Below are positions 8,323-17,242 of a stretch of DNA of 61,620 bases, piece by piece. The stretch spans positions 1 through 61,620 of the forward strand of contig JAVBQU010000068.1 in NCBI GenBank assembly GCA_031548675.1, given 5' to 3'. The notes beneath the pieces are model-generated. The model had not been told where the DNA came from, did no database searches, and saw only the letters and a program-made list of their open reading frames with translations. Position numbers and translations under genes: made by a program. This DNA comes from Bacteroidales bacterium. Lineage in GTDB: Bacteria > Bacteroidota > Bacteroidia > Bacteroidales > P3. Position 1 is the stretch's first letter, and each line of letters begins with the position of its first letter.

Positions 8323-10281
8323 ATGAAAGGTTTTTTTAATAAAGATAGGTACAACTTTTCAACGGAATGTGAGCCATTTATATGGTTTTCATTCTTTTTA
8401 GTTATCATTTTATCATTATTCCCATTTTTCAAAATTGGATTTACTTCCGGTGATGATTTGGAATTTTATATGACAAGTCTGGATGGCAGGATTTTTACAG
8501 ATACATATTGGTATGCCAGAGGACAGGGACGTTTTTATCAATTAATAACAAAACCCTTAGCCCATATCACATATCTTATAGACTGGTTTTATTTTACCAA
8601 AATAATACAGTATGGGCTTGTATTATTGTCATTTATTTTGTTTGCCATAACAACTAAAAAACTATTTAAGCTTAAAGAATTTTCCTTGTTAATATTTTTA
8701 CTTCTATTTGTATTCTTATCAGTTACCAGGGAGTATGATTTTATGCCGATAATAGCTTATCCTTTCTTTTTTACTTGTAGTTTTTCGGTATTCTTAGGAT
8801 CCATTTTACTTTTTCTACGATATACAGAAATTCCTAAAAATAAATATTTAATCGGATCTGCTGTTCTGTATGCCATAGCCTTGCTTTTCTATGAAACATA
8901 TCTTATTCTTCTCATGTTTATTACAGGATTTATTTTTTTCAGGAATTATTCAAAATATGGAAGAAAGATTTTCTCAAAAAAAACCTTTTACAAAGAAATT
9001 CTGCCTTTTATCTTTGTTGCATTAGCTTATCTGCTTATTTATTTTGTTTATAGGAAAAGTGTTCAAACAGGTGGTGGTTTTTATTCCGGTTCTTCATTTG
9101 CAAAAAATTTCAGTTGGAAGAATTTCTTTCAAATCATAACAAATTACAACCTGATTGATTTGCCTACTTATATTTATCATAATTCCCGTTCTGTTGTTGA
9201 AGCCAATTCACTGCTTGTTGGAGGGCATCAGCACAATTTTTGGTACATTCTAAAAAATGCTACCTTAGCAGGAATCATCAACACATTGATACAGTGTTTC
9301 CTTTTTGTTTATATCTTTACAAAATTAAGGTCAAACATTACTTGGAAAAAAATTATGATTGGTATTGTTACAACTATTTTCTTTTCATTAGCCGTTCACC
9401 TTTTACAAGCAATATCCGAAAAATATAATACAACCGGATGGCATACACATAGCGGATACGTTACCTCCTTTTTCTCATATTTCCTTATCACGCTTTGTAT
9501 CAGCCTTATTTTTTATTCCATTTTTAAACTTTGTTCAAAGAAAAAATGGCTTAAAGTATCTGTTATCAGCATTTTTACTATCATTATTTTTTATATATCC
9601 ATTACCATTGGTTATACCAACGATCATTTGAGCCGCGATTGGGAACTTAGTCAAAACAGATTCAAATCTATAGACAGATTAACAAAAAAAGGCTTATTGG
9701 ACAATATACCAGACAGTTCTTTTATTTATGCCGGAGATCTCTTTAAATCATCCTCTCGATTCGGCTATGTGCTTGAATATTCATTCAGTTTAAAGAAATA
9801 TGTATTTCTAAAAACCAATAAATCATACAATATATACAATGATTTGGAAGAATTTAGAACCAATCTGCAAAAAGACTCCTCTCAAAATATGTATTATATT
9901 GCACAATATGATTCACCCAAGAGTCAAGACATGCTCACTGTTTTAATGAAAATAAACAGCACTTCTTTGAACTGGAAAGAGAAAGAAATATCTTTTGAGG
10001 AAACCACAGCAAACGAAGCCGAAGTATATTATTATTCTGCCAATAAAGATTTCTATCTTACCTTTTATATCCCTGATACTACCCAGATTCCAATTATTTC
10101 TATCAATGATAAGGGTGCTAAAGTTTCAAATTCTAAACTAAATATGATTAGAATTATAAATAACAACAAAAGGGAAGAAACCACAACCTTTAAACTTAAA
10201 TCAAATACACCATTTCGTATAAAAGATTTTTCAATTTCCAATATCGGTTTTCAAAATGTGGAGGAATTCTATATAAATTAA
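8323..10281 (+). CDS. Large polytopic membrane protein, possibly a second GT-C-like glycosyltransferase, with a ~200-aa C-terminal soluble domain
   Basis: 652-aa ORF. About 440 aa of hydrophobic helices begin with first-loop 'FKIGFTSGDDLEFYM', followed by a hydrophilic C-terminal domain. I recognised no named family with certainty. Confidence 0.7.
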   Translation: MKGFFNKDRYNFSTECEPFIWFSFFLVIILSLFPFFKIGFTSGDDLEFYMTSLDGRIFTDTYWYARGQGRFYQLITKPLAHITYLIDWFYFTKIIQYGLVLLSFILFAITTKKLFKLKEFSLLIFLLLFVFLSVTREYDFMPIIAYPFFFTCSFSVFLGSILLFLRYTEIPKNKYLIGSAVLYAIALLFYETYLILLMFITGFIFFRNYSKYGRKIFSKKTFYKEILPFIFVALAYLLIYFVYRKSVQTGGGFYSGSSFAKNFSWKNFFQIITNYNLIDLPTYIYHNSRSVVEANSLLVGGHQHNFWYILKNATLAGIINTLIQCFLFVYIFTKLRSNITWKKIMIGIVTTIFFSLAVHLLQAISEKYNTTGWHTHSGYVTSFFSYFLITLCISLIFYSIFKLCSKKKWLKVSVISIFTIIIFYISITIGYTNDHLSRDWELSQNRFKSIDRLTKKGLLDNIPDSSFIYAGDLFKSSSRFGYVLEYSFSLKKYVFLKTNKSYNIYNDLEEFRTNLQKDSSQNMYYIAQYDSPKSQDMLTVLMKINSTSLNWKEKEISFEETTANEAEVYYYSANKDFYLTFYIPDTTQIPIISINDKGAKVSNSKLNMIRIINNNKREETTTFKLKSNTPFRIKDFSISNIGFQNVEEFYIN

Positions 10282-10324
10282 ATTTATACAAAAGATATTT
10301 CCGGTATATTGACAAAACATTTTA

Positions 10325-10332
10325 TATCTTTG
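10325..10332 (+). promoter_or_regulatory. -7 promoter box TATCTTTG upstream of the ABC-F gene
   Basis: Exact TAnnTTTG match 118 nt upstream of ATG 10450. Confidence 0.45.
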
Positions 10333-10449
10333 CAAACTCAAACCAGCAAAACTTACCTTATGTAAAATATAATTTCTTTTGGAATTAACAGATAATCAAC
10401 CTAACAATAAGGTTGGCATTCATTATTTATCTTTTAAAACAAAGAAATT

Positions 10450-12036
10450 ATGTTTAGTATACAAAATATTACCTACATACATCCCAATAAAGAGTTGTTG
10501 TTCGATAACATCAGCTTAAATTTAAATAATCACGAAAAAGTTGCCCTTATAGGCAATAATGGTGTCGGAAAATCGACCCTGCTGAAAATTATAGCAGGAG
10601 AATTAACTCCCTACGCAGGACAGTTGGAAGTTGATAGCAAGCCTTATTATATTCCGCAGATTTTTGGACAATACAACCATCTGTCTATAGCCCAAGCATT
10701 TCGGATAGAAGATAAGCTGCATGCATTAAGAGAAATACTCGAAGGGAGGGGTACAGAATTGCATCTGAATATATTAGATGATGATTGGGCAATAGAAGAA
10801 CGTTGTGCAGAAGCATTAGAATATTGGCAATTATCCGGTATAGATTTATCTGAAAAAATAGAAACTTTGAGCGGAGGGCAAAAAACAAAAGTTTTTCTTG
10901 CCGGAATATCTATTCATAAGCCCGATTTGGTACTGCTCGATGAACCCAGCAATCATTTAGACAGTTCCGGTAGAAAATTATTGTATGATTTTATCCGTTC
11001 AACTTCAAGTACTTTATTGATTGTAAGCCACGACCGAACATTGTTGAATTTATTAGATACCGTTTGTGAGTTACAACCCCATGGAATTACAGTATATGGA
11101 GGTAATTATGATTTTTATGCAGAGCAGAAACAAATTGCCGAAAATGCTTTAAGCGAAGATATAAAAAGCAAAGAAAAAGCATTGCGAAAAGCAAAGGAAA
11201 AAGAACGAGAGACCGTAGAACGCCAGCAAAAATTAGATGCCAGGGGAAAGCAAAAACAGGAAAAAGCAGGTGTTGCCCGAATTATGATGAATACGCTAAG
11301 AAACAATGCAGAAAAAAGCACATCTAAAATTAAAAGTACACATACAGAAAAAATTGGAGCTATTGCGCAAGAACTGCAAGATTTGCGTTCAATCTTGCCC
11401 GATATTGATAAAATGAAATTTGGTTTCGACAGTTCCCATTTGCACAAAGGTAAAATCTTGTTTACAGCTACAGGCATAAATTATCGTTATGAATCCAAAT
11501 TTCTTTGGAAAAATAATCTGGATTTTCAGATTGTAAGCGGAGAACGGATTGCACTAAAAGGAACAAATGGGTCTGGAAAAACTACTTTAATAAAAATTCT
11601 CTTAGATAGATTGCAGCCCCAAACAGGAAGCATAAGCAGGGCAAGTAGCAGTTCCGTTTACATAGATCAGGATTATTCTCTGATTAATTCTCAGTTAAAA
11701 GTGTATGAACAAGCACAACAATTTAATGATTCCGGATTACAGGAACATGAAGTAAAAATAAGATTAAACCGGTTTTTGTTTACCAAGGGAGATTGGGATA
11801 AGCCCTGCGACGCTTTGAGCGGAGGCGAGAAAATGAGGTTAATGTTATGCTGTCTTACCATCCACAATCAGGCTCCAGATCTTATAGTATTAGACGAGCC
11901 AACCAATAACTTGGATATTCAGAATATAGAAATACTAACAGCTGCCATCAATGAATATCAAGGAACATTATTAGTAGTTTCGCATGATGATTATTTTCTA
12001 AAACAAATTCACGCTGAACGAATTATTAATATTTGA
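10450..12036 (+). CDS. ABC-F family ATPase (two ABC cassettes, no transmembrane domain)
   Basis: Walker A motifs 'GNNGVGKST' and 'GTNGSGKTT', signature motifs 'LSGGQKTKV' and 'LSGGEKMRL', and Walker B motifs 'LLDEPSNHLD' and 'VLDEPTNNLD'. The cassettes are joined by a K/E/R-rich linker. Confidence 0.9.
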   Translation: MFSIQNITYIHPNKELLFDNISLNLNNHEKVALIGNNGVGKSTLLKIIAGELTPYAGQLEVDSKPYYIPQIFGQYNHLSIAQAFRIEDKLHALREILEGRGTELHLNILDDDWAIEERCAEALEYWQLSGIDLSEKIETLSGGQKTKVFLAGISIHKPDLVLLDEPSNHLDSSGRKLLYDFIRSTSSTLLIVSHDRTLLNLLDTVCELQPHGITVYGGNYDFYAEQKQIAENALSEDIKSKEKALRKAKEKERETVERQQKLDARGKQKQEKAGVARIMMNTLRNNAEKSTSKIKSTHTEKIGAIAQELQDLRSILPDIDKMKFGFDSSHLHKGKILFTATGINYRYESKFLWKNNLDFQIVSGERIALKGTNGSGKTTLIKILLDRLQPQTGSISRASSSSVYIDQDYSLINSQLKVYEQAQQFNDSGLQEHEVKIRLNRFLFTKGDWDKPCDALSGGEKMRLMLCCLTIHNQAPDLIVLDEPTNNLDIQNIEILTAAINEYQGTLLVVSHDDYFLKQIHAERIINI

Positions 12037-12053
12037 AATAAAAGGGAAGTATT

Positions 12054-12097
12054 TTAATTAGAAGGGACCCATAAATTTATGGTTCCCTTCTAATTAA
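12054..12097. terminator. Bidirectional rho-independent terminator between convergent genes
   Basis: TTAATTAGAAGGGACCCAT-aaattt-ATGGTTCCCTTCTAATTAA forms a 19-bp stem with one mismatch, with A/T runs on both sides. Confidence 0.8.
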
Positions 12098-12099
12098 AA

Positions 12100-13185
12100 T
12101 TATCTTGTAAATGTTTTTAGTGTATCATATTTTTCTTCAATACTTTGCAATAACTTAAATTGAGCTAAGGTACGTTGCCAATTATGCTCAGGATGTTTGA
12201 TTTTATAATAAGTATCCCCATTCAAGTAATCAGTAAAAAAACGTACTGTTTGCATGTATGTCAATAATTTAGCTCCAAAAATAAGATTGTCAATTTCGAT
12301 AGGAGTTAAAAATGATTTTGCATTTTCCAGATACCCTTTCAGATAAGCTTTTACCACATCCAAATTTACAGAAATGTTATCCAGATTCTCATCATCTTCG
12401 GATCCGGTATTAGCTCCAGTACGCACGAAATCACCAAAATCCGATAAAACATAACCCGGCATAACTGTATCTAAATCTACTACACAAAGTACCTCATCTG
12501 TTTTTTCATCAAATAAAACATTATTTACTTTAGTATCACAATGATTGATGCGTTTGGGTAGTTTACCTTCGCGGTGTAGCCGCTCTGCTTTACACATTTC
12601 ATCAGCACGTTCTTCCAATTCATCCACCATCCATTGTACTTTTTCTAAACGCTTGGCTGCGTTGTCTTTCACACTTTGACGAAATGAATCCAAACGAGTT
12701 TCCATATTATGAAAATTTGGAATAGTTTCCACTAAAGGATCGCCCGGAATATCCGCCAACATCGCTTGAAAATCACCAAAAGCCCTACCAGCAATATATG
12801 CAAACTTCGCATCAATTGCATCGTAGCTTTTACTGCCCTGAATAAAATGATACATCCGCCAATAATTTCCATCCGCATCACAGAAAAATAATTTTCCGTC
12901 TTTAGCAGGAATTAACGCTAAAACTTTACGTTCAATATCTTGAACCCCACGTGAAATAAGCTTTTGTCGAATATGATTAGTTACCCTTAAAATATTTTGC
13001 TGCAACCCTTCCACATCTTTAAAAATGTGATGATTAATGCGTTGTAAAACATACTTAGGTTGGTTTTCCCCTTCCGCATATACTTTATATGAATCGTTGA
13101 TATGTCCGGCCCCTAAAGCTAAAACTTTTGTAATTGTACCGTTTGTAGAAAATTGATTTACAATATTTTTAAATTTTTCTTCCAT
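12100..13185 (-). CDS. N-acetylhexosamine 1-kinase-like phosphotransferase (NahK/APH family)
   Basis: 361-aa ORF with 'GAGHINDSYKV', 'VLQRINHHIFKD', 'INHCDTKVNNVLFD', 'VVDLDTVMPG' and 'HPEHNWQRT'. The layout closely parallels Bifidobacterium NahK as I remember it. Confidence 0.75.
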   Translation of the reverse strand: MEEKFKNIVNQFSTNGTITKVLALGAGHINDSYKVYAEGENQPKYVLQRINHHIFKDVEGLQQNILRVTNHIRQKLISRGVQDIERKVLALIPAKDGKLFFCDADGNYWRMYHFIQGSKSYDAIDAKFAYIAGRAFGDFQAMLADIPGDPLVETIPNFHNMETRLDSFRQSVKDNAAKRLEKVQWMVDELEERADEMCKAERLHREGKLPKRINHCDTKVNNVLFDEKTDEVLCVVDLDTVMPGYVLSDFGDFVRTGANTGSEDDENLDNISVNLDVVKAYLKGYLENAKSFLTPIEIDNLIFGAKLLTYMQTVRFFTDYLNGDTYYKIKHPEHNWQRTLAQFKLLQSIEEKYDTLKTFTR

Positions 13186-13213
13186 AATAATTGATTTTTA
13201 GAATTTTGCTAGA

Positions 13214-14116
13214 TTACCATATTTTAGGAGGATATACTTTTTGTTCCGATAATTCCTTTAGCCGTTGAACTACCACAGGACGGTCTTCTTGATAAGTTAC
13301 CCCAAACCATTCAGCAGAAGTTTCCAGAATTTCCACTTCCATATCTCCGCTTTTTATCAGATTATCAACAACTAACGGAACATATATTTCAGCTTTAGGC
13401 TCCTGCGAATTTTTTTCGATAAAACTTTCGACCTGTTCTTTAAGTTGATGCATAAATCGAGGCTTAAATCCCCAAAAATTCATCGAAACAATAGTGTTTT
13501 CATCTAAAACTTGAAAATTACCATCCTCATTCTTAAATTTTATTACCCCGCCTATTCTTTGTATCTGACTACATTCCGTGACTGTTTGCAATTTATTAGT
13601 AGCATTACCTTTACATACCCCGCGGGAAACAAAACCATTTTCAGATAAAGTATTTTTGAGCAGGTAGCCCACCATTGCAGATAGTTGCGAATTATTTTCT
13701 GTTTCCGTTAAAAATTGGGCAATGGCAGCAAAAGCTTCTCTTCCATAAAAATCATCGCCATTGATAACCGCAAAAGGTTCTTTCACTTTTTCGGCTGCCA
13801 TCAGCACCGCATGTCCTGTTCCCCAAGGTTTTTGCCGTTCAGGATTAATTTGAATATGAGCCGGCACATTTTCCAGTTCCTGAAAAACATAATCGATTTC
13901 TATTTTCCCTTGATATTTAGCTGAAAAAACTTGTTTGAAATCAGCTTCGATACTTTTTCGAATAATAAAAACTACCTTGCCGAATCCCGCTTGTATGGCA
14001 TCATAAATAGAATAATCAATAATGGTTTCACCTGCAGGACCTAAGCCATCTATTTGCTTCAATCCGCCGTATCGGCTTCCCATGCCGGCTGCCAGTACTA
14101 CTAATGTTGGTTTCAT
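13214..14116 (-). CDS. Sugar-1-phosphate nucleotidyltransferase (NTP_transferase fold)
   Basis: 300-aa ORF with N-terminal 'LVVLAAGMGSRYGGLKQID' (G-rich NTP loop) and 'INGDDFYG'. It lies 28 nt downstream of the kinase on the same strand. Confidence 0.8.
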   Translation of the reverse strand: MKPTLVVLAAGMGSRYGGLKQIDGLGPAGETIIDYSIYDAIQAGFGKVVFIIRKSIEADFKQVFSAKYQGKIEIDYVFQELENVPAHIQINPERQKPWGTGHAVLMAAEKVKEPFAVINGDDFYGREAFAAIAQFLTETENNSQLSAMVGYLLKNTLSENGFVSRGVCKGNATNKLQTVTECSQIQRIGGVIKFKNEDGNFQVLDENTIVSMNFWGFKPRFMHQLKEQVESFIEKNSQEPKAEIYVPLVVDNLIKSGDMEVEILETSAEWFGVTYQEDRPVVVQRLKELSEQKVYPPKIW

Positions 14117-14264
14117 TCGCTATATTTTAGGTTTATAAAAATTTATTTTAAGATTTAACCCAACAAATTTACATGAAATTTATATACAAGCAAAAAATTA
14201 TCATGGAATACAACTTTCACCAAAAATAATGTGTCTAAAAGTTGTTCATTAGTGTATAAAATTG

Positions 14265-14272
14265 TATTTTTG
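14265..14272 (+). promoter_or_regulatory. -7 promoter box TATTTTTG upstream of the tandem T9SS genes
   Basis: TAnnTTTG match 86 nt upstream of ATG 14358. Confidence 0.35.
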
Positions 14273-14357
14273 TCAATTATATATAAAATGTAATTGAAAA
14301 GCTATTTTTTATTGTTTGCCTATACTGAATCGAAATAACTATTAAAATACTTATTTT

Positions 14358-17150
14358 ATGAAGAAGATTTTCCTATCTTTTGTGACTTTGGTAGTATTGA
14401 GTTTAACAGTACAAGCCCAATTGGATTATGAATTTTGGCTGGCATGTCCCGATTTGAATGAAAACCACGGGGGGACAGAGTACCCAAAAGATGAACCAAT
14501 TTTATTACACTTATCAACCAAAGAAGATCCCGCCACGGTTATTATCTCACAACCGGCTATGAATTGGCAATCGGAAGAAATAAATATTCCTGCAAATTCA
14601 TCCATCATTTATTATCTAACCAGCAGAAAAGCTATGTTAGAATGTGTAACTCCTAATCTTGTTGAAAATAGGGGTTTGTATATTAGTTCAACAGCACTAA
14701 TTACAGCCTATTATGAAGTTGCAGATAAGCAAAACTCTGATTTCATTGCATTAAAGGGAAAATCAGCATTGGGAACACATTTTTTTATAACAGGGCAAAA
14801 TAGATTTATAGCGGCTGGGGATGCAACTTTTGTAATTTCTAGATTTTCATGTGATATTGTAGCTACAGAAGACGGAACAGTTGTTACCATTAAACCCAAT
14901 AAAGATGTTGTAGGACATCCCGCAGGAATGCCTTTCGATGTCACTTTAAATAGAGGGCAAACTTATTCTATCCAAATAGGAAAACAAGGAGAAGGTGAGG
15001 AGAGACCTATTGGCTCAGAAATAACGTCTAACAACCCTATAGCTATGACCATAAAAGATTGTTCATTAGCACCGCTTCAAGGAAAAGAAGGAGATCCTTT
15101 AACCAGACTTTATGCTGCTGATGCGGCTATGGATCAATCTATTCCGGTAGAAAATATAGGGACAGAATATATTATACCTAATGGGTCTTTGCCTAATGGA
15201 GATTATTATTTTCTAACAGCAACTGAAGATAACACGGAAATATACCTAGATGGTCAACCAGCCCCTGTTGCTACTTTGCAAAAAGGGGAAGTTTATAAAG
15301 GAGGTTTTGCTGCTAAGGCTGTCCAAAAACCTGCAACTTACATTCGGACAACCAAGCCTATTTATGTATTTCAAATTACGGGAAGTGATAATTCAGAAGT
15401 GGGAGGAGCTATACTTCCTTCAATTATATGCACAGGTTCGTCACGTATTCCCTTTGCACGTAGTGGGAAAGTGGGCACTACCCCTTCTACTTCAGCGCCT
15501 GGAGGCACTGCAGAAGGATATGCACCAGTCGGATTTGAATTAACTGTATTCATTCGGAAAGGTCAGGAAAATGGGTTATACCTAGTTACAAATAACCAGC
15601 CCGAAAAACAATTTATAACATTAGATATAGCACATGCGTTTAAAGATGTACCTGGGAACAGTGATTGGGTTGCTGTTAAGAAAGATCTTAAAGCCGAAAT
15701 TCTAGTAGGAAGTAGTAACGTTATTTATCATAAGGATGGTGAACCATTCCATTTGGGCATTATTACAGGAGATATAAATACCTGTCGTTATGGCTTTTTC
15801 TCCGATTTCAAAAAAGTCAATGTAAACATGATTGCAGATAGACCTAATTTAGAATATTGTGAAGGAGACCGGATTAAACTTACAGCGACCCCTTATGAAG
15901 GAGCCTATTATACATGGATAGGACCCACGAATAATATAATTCAACAAGGAGCATTTTTAAATGGGAAAAATACATACTACTATCAAAAAGCTAAAATAAC
16001 AGTATCAGATACAGGGTTTTACAAAGTGGTCACTAAGAGCGGAGGTTGTGGAGCCGACACCAGCCGTATTCATATCACGATTTATAAGAATCCCCAATTT
16101 CAGTTTGGGAAAGATACAACTGTGTGCATAGGGACTAAATTATTTTTAGACCCCGCAGTTTCAGATTTAAAATATAACTGGTCAACCGGAGATACGACAC
16201 AAGCCATTTATACCAATCCTAATCCCGGAGTTACCGAATATAGTTTATTGATAAGAAATCAATATCCGAATATAACCTGTATCGCTTCCGATACCATTGT
16301 AGTAACCGTTTCAGATATACCAGCCGTAAGCTTTATGCCCTCCCCATACCCCTCCGAAGGTTGTGGAGAAGCAACCATAAGCTTTAAGAACTACACTGAC
16401 CCTATCAATGCAAAATTTCACTGGGATTTTGGAGATGGCACCCAATCAACCGAAGTCAATCCCGTTCATGCCTATACAGCCGTATCAGGAGCACTGTCCG
16501 ATACCTATGATGTTACCCTTATTGCCAGCAACTCCTCTAACTGTGCAGATACAATAAAGATAGACAGGGTAATAACGATGTATCGCAAACCCAATGCAGA
16601 ATTTATTTATACTCCGGATGTTATACATGCCAGTAATCCCGTAGCTAAATTTATTCCTGCTAGTGAAGAAGTACCCGGTTTCCAATACTATTGGAATTTT
16701 GGTGATGAAAGTACAGATACCACCTATGCTCCATCTCATATTTATGAAGCAATTACGGCAGAATATACTGTATTCTATAAGGTAACCAATCCTTTATCCC
16801 CTAGCTGTGCCGATTCAACTTCTAGGCCAATCAAAGTAATAAATGATTCATTGTCTTATACCAATGTCTTAACTCCCAATGGAGACGGCATTAATGATGT
16901 ATTTATAATCAAGAATTTGATAGCCCCAAACGGAGTGCAGAATTATGGGGGTAATAATGGCGAAAATACCTTGTATGTATACAACCGTTATGGCAAACGA
17001 GTATTTTATGCCAAAGATTACCAAAACAATTGGGAACCAAAGAATTTATCAGATGGGACTTATTTCTTTATATTCAAGGCAAAGAATCAGTTTAATGAGA
17101 AGGAATACAAAGGAACCATAACCATTATAGGAAGTAGTGGAAAGGATTAA
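14358..17150 (+). CDS. Secreted multidomain surface protein with PKD-like domains and a T9SS type-B (gliding-motility-associated, CHU_C-like) C-terminal domain; paralog 1
   Basis: 930-aa ORF with signal peptide 'MKKIFLSFVTLVVLSLTVQAQ'. The N-terminal beta-rich region starts 'EFWLACPDLN'. It has Ig-like 'CEGD.I.LTA..YEGAYYTWIGP' and PKD-like 'HWDFGDGTQS..NPVH.YT' and 'YYWNFGDEST'. The C-terminus reads 'NVLTPNGDGINDVFIIKNL..YNRYGKRVFY..WEPKNLSDGTYFFIFKA..GTITIIG'. Confidence 0.85.
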   Translation: MKKIFLSFVTLVVLSLTVQAQLDYEFWLACPDLNENHGGTEYPKDEPILLHLSTKEDPATVIISQPAMNWQSEEINIPANSSIIYYLTSRKAMLECVTPNLVENRGLYISSTALITAYYEVADKQNSDFIALKGKSALGTHFFITGQNRFIAAGDATFVISRFSCDIVATEDGTVVTIKPNKDVVGHPAGMPFDVTLNRGQTYSIQIGKQGEGEERPIGSEITSNNPIAMTIKDCSLAPLQGKEGDPLTRLYAADAAMDQSIPVENIGTEYIIPNGSLPNGDYYFLTATEDNTEIYLDGQPAPVATLQKGEVYKGGFAAKAVQKPATYIRTTKPIYVFQITGSDNSEVGGAILPSIICTGSSRIPFARSGKVGTTPSTSAPGGTAEGYAPVGFELTVFIRKGQENGLYLVTNNQPEKQFITLDIAHAFKDVPGNSDWVAVKKDLKAEILVGSSNVIYHKDGEPFHLGIITGDINTCRYGFFSDFKKVNVNMIADRPNLEYCEGDRIKLTATPYEGAYYTWIGPTNNIIQQGAFLNGKNTYYYQKAKITVSDTGFYKVVTKSGGCGADTSRIHITIYKNPQFQFGKDTTVCIGTKLFLDPAVSDLKYNWSTGDTTQAIYTNPNPGVTEYSLLIRNQYPNITCIASDTIVVTVSDIPAVSFMPSPYPSEGCGEATISFKNYTDPINAKFHWDFGDGTQSTEVNPVHAYTAVSGALSDTYDVTLIASNSSNCADTIKIDRVITMYRKPNAEFIYTPDVIHASNPVAKFIPASEEVPGFQYYWNFGDESTDTTYAPSHIYEAITAEYTVFYKVTNPLSPSCADSTSRPIKVINDSLSYTNVLTPNGDGINDVFIIKNLIAPNGVQNYGGNNGENTLYVYNRYGKRVFYAKDYQNNWEPKNLSDGTYFFIFKAKNQFNEKEYKGTITIIGSSGKD

Positions 17151-17242
17151 GAAATATAGAGAAGTTTACAATATAATTAATGAATTATTTGAGTGAAAAC
17201 TTGAATGATTCATGTTTAATGAAAAATAAATATAAGGTTATT

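Noticed and set aside
17180-17242. ATG 17180 as the start of T9SS paralog 2
   Set aside because: Alignment with paralog 1 shows the signal peptide begins at ATG 17243, and the 21 extra residues have no counterpart.
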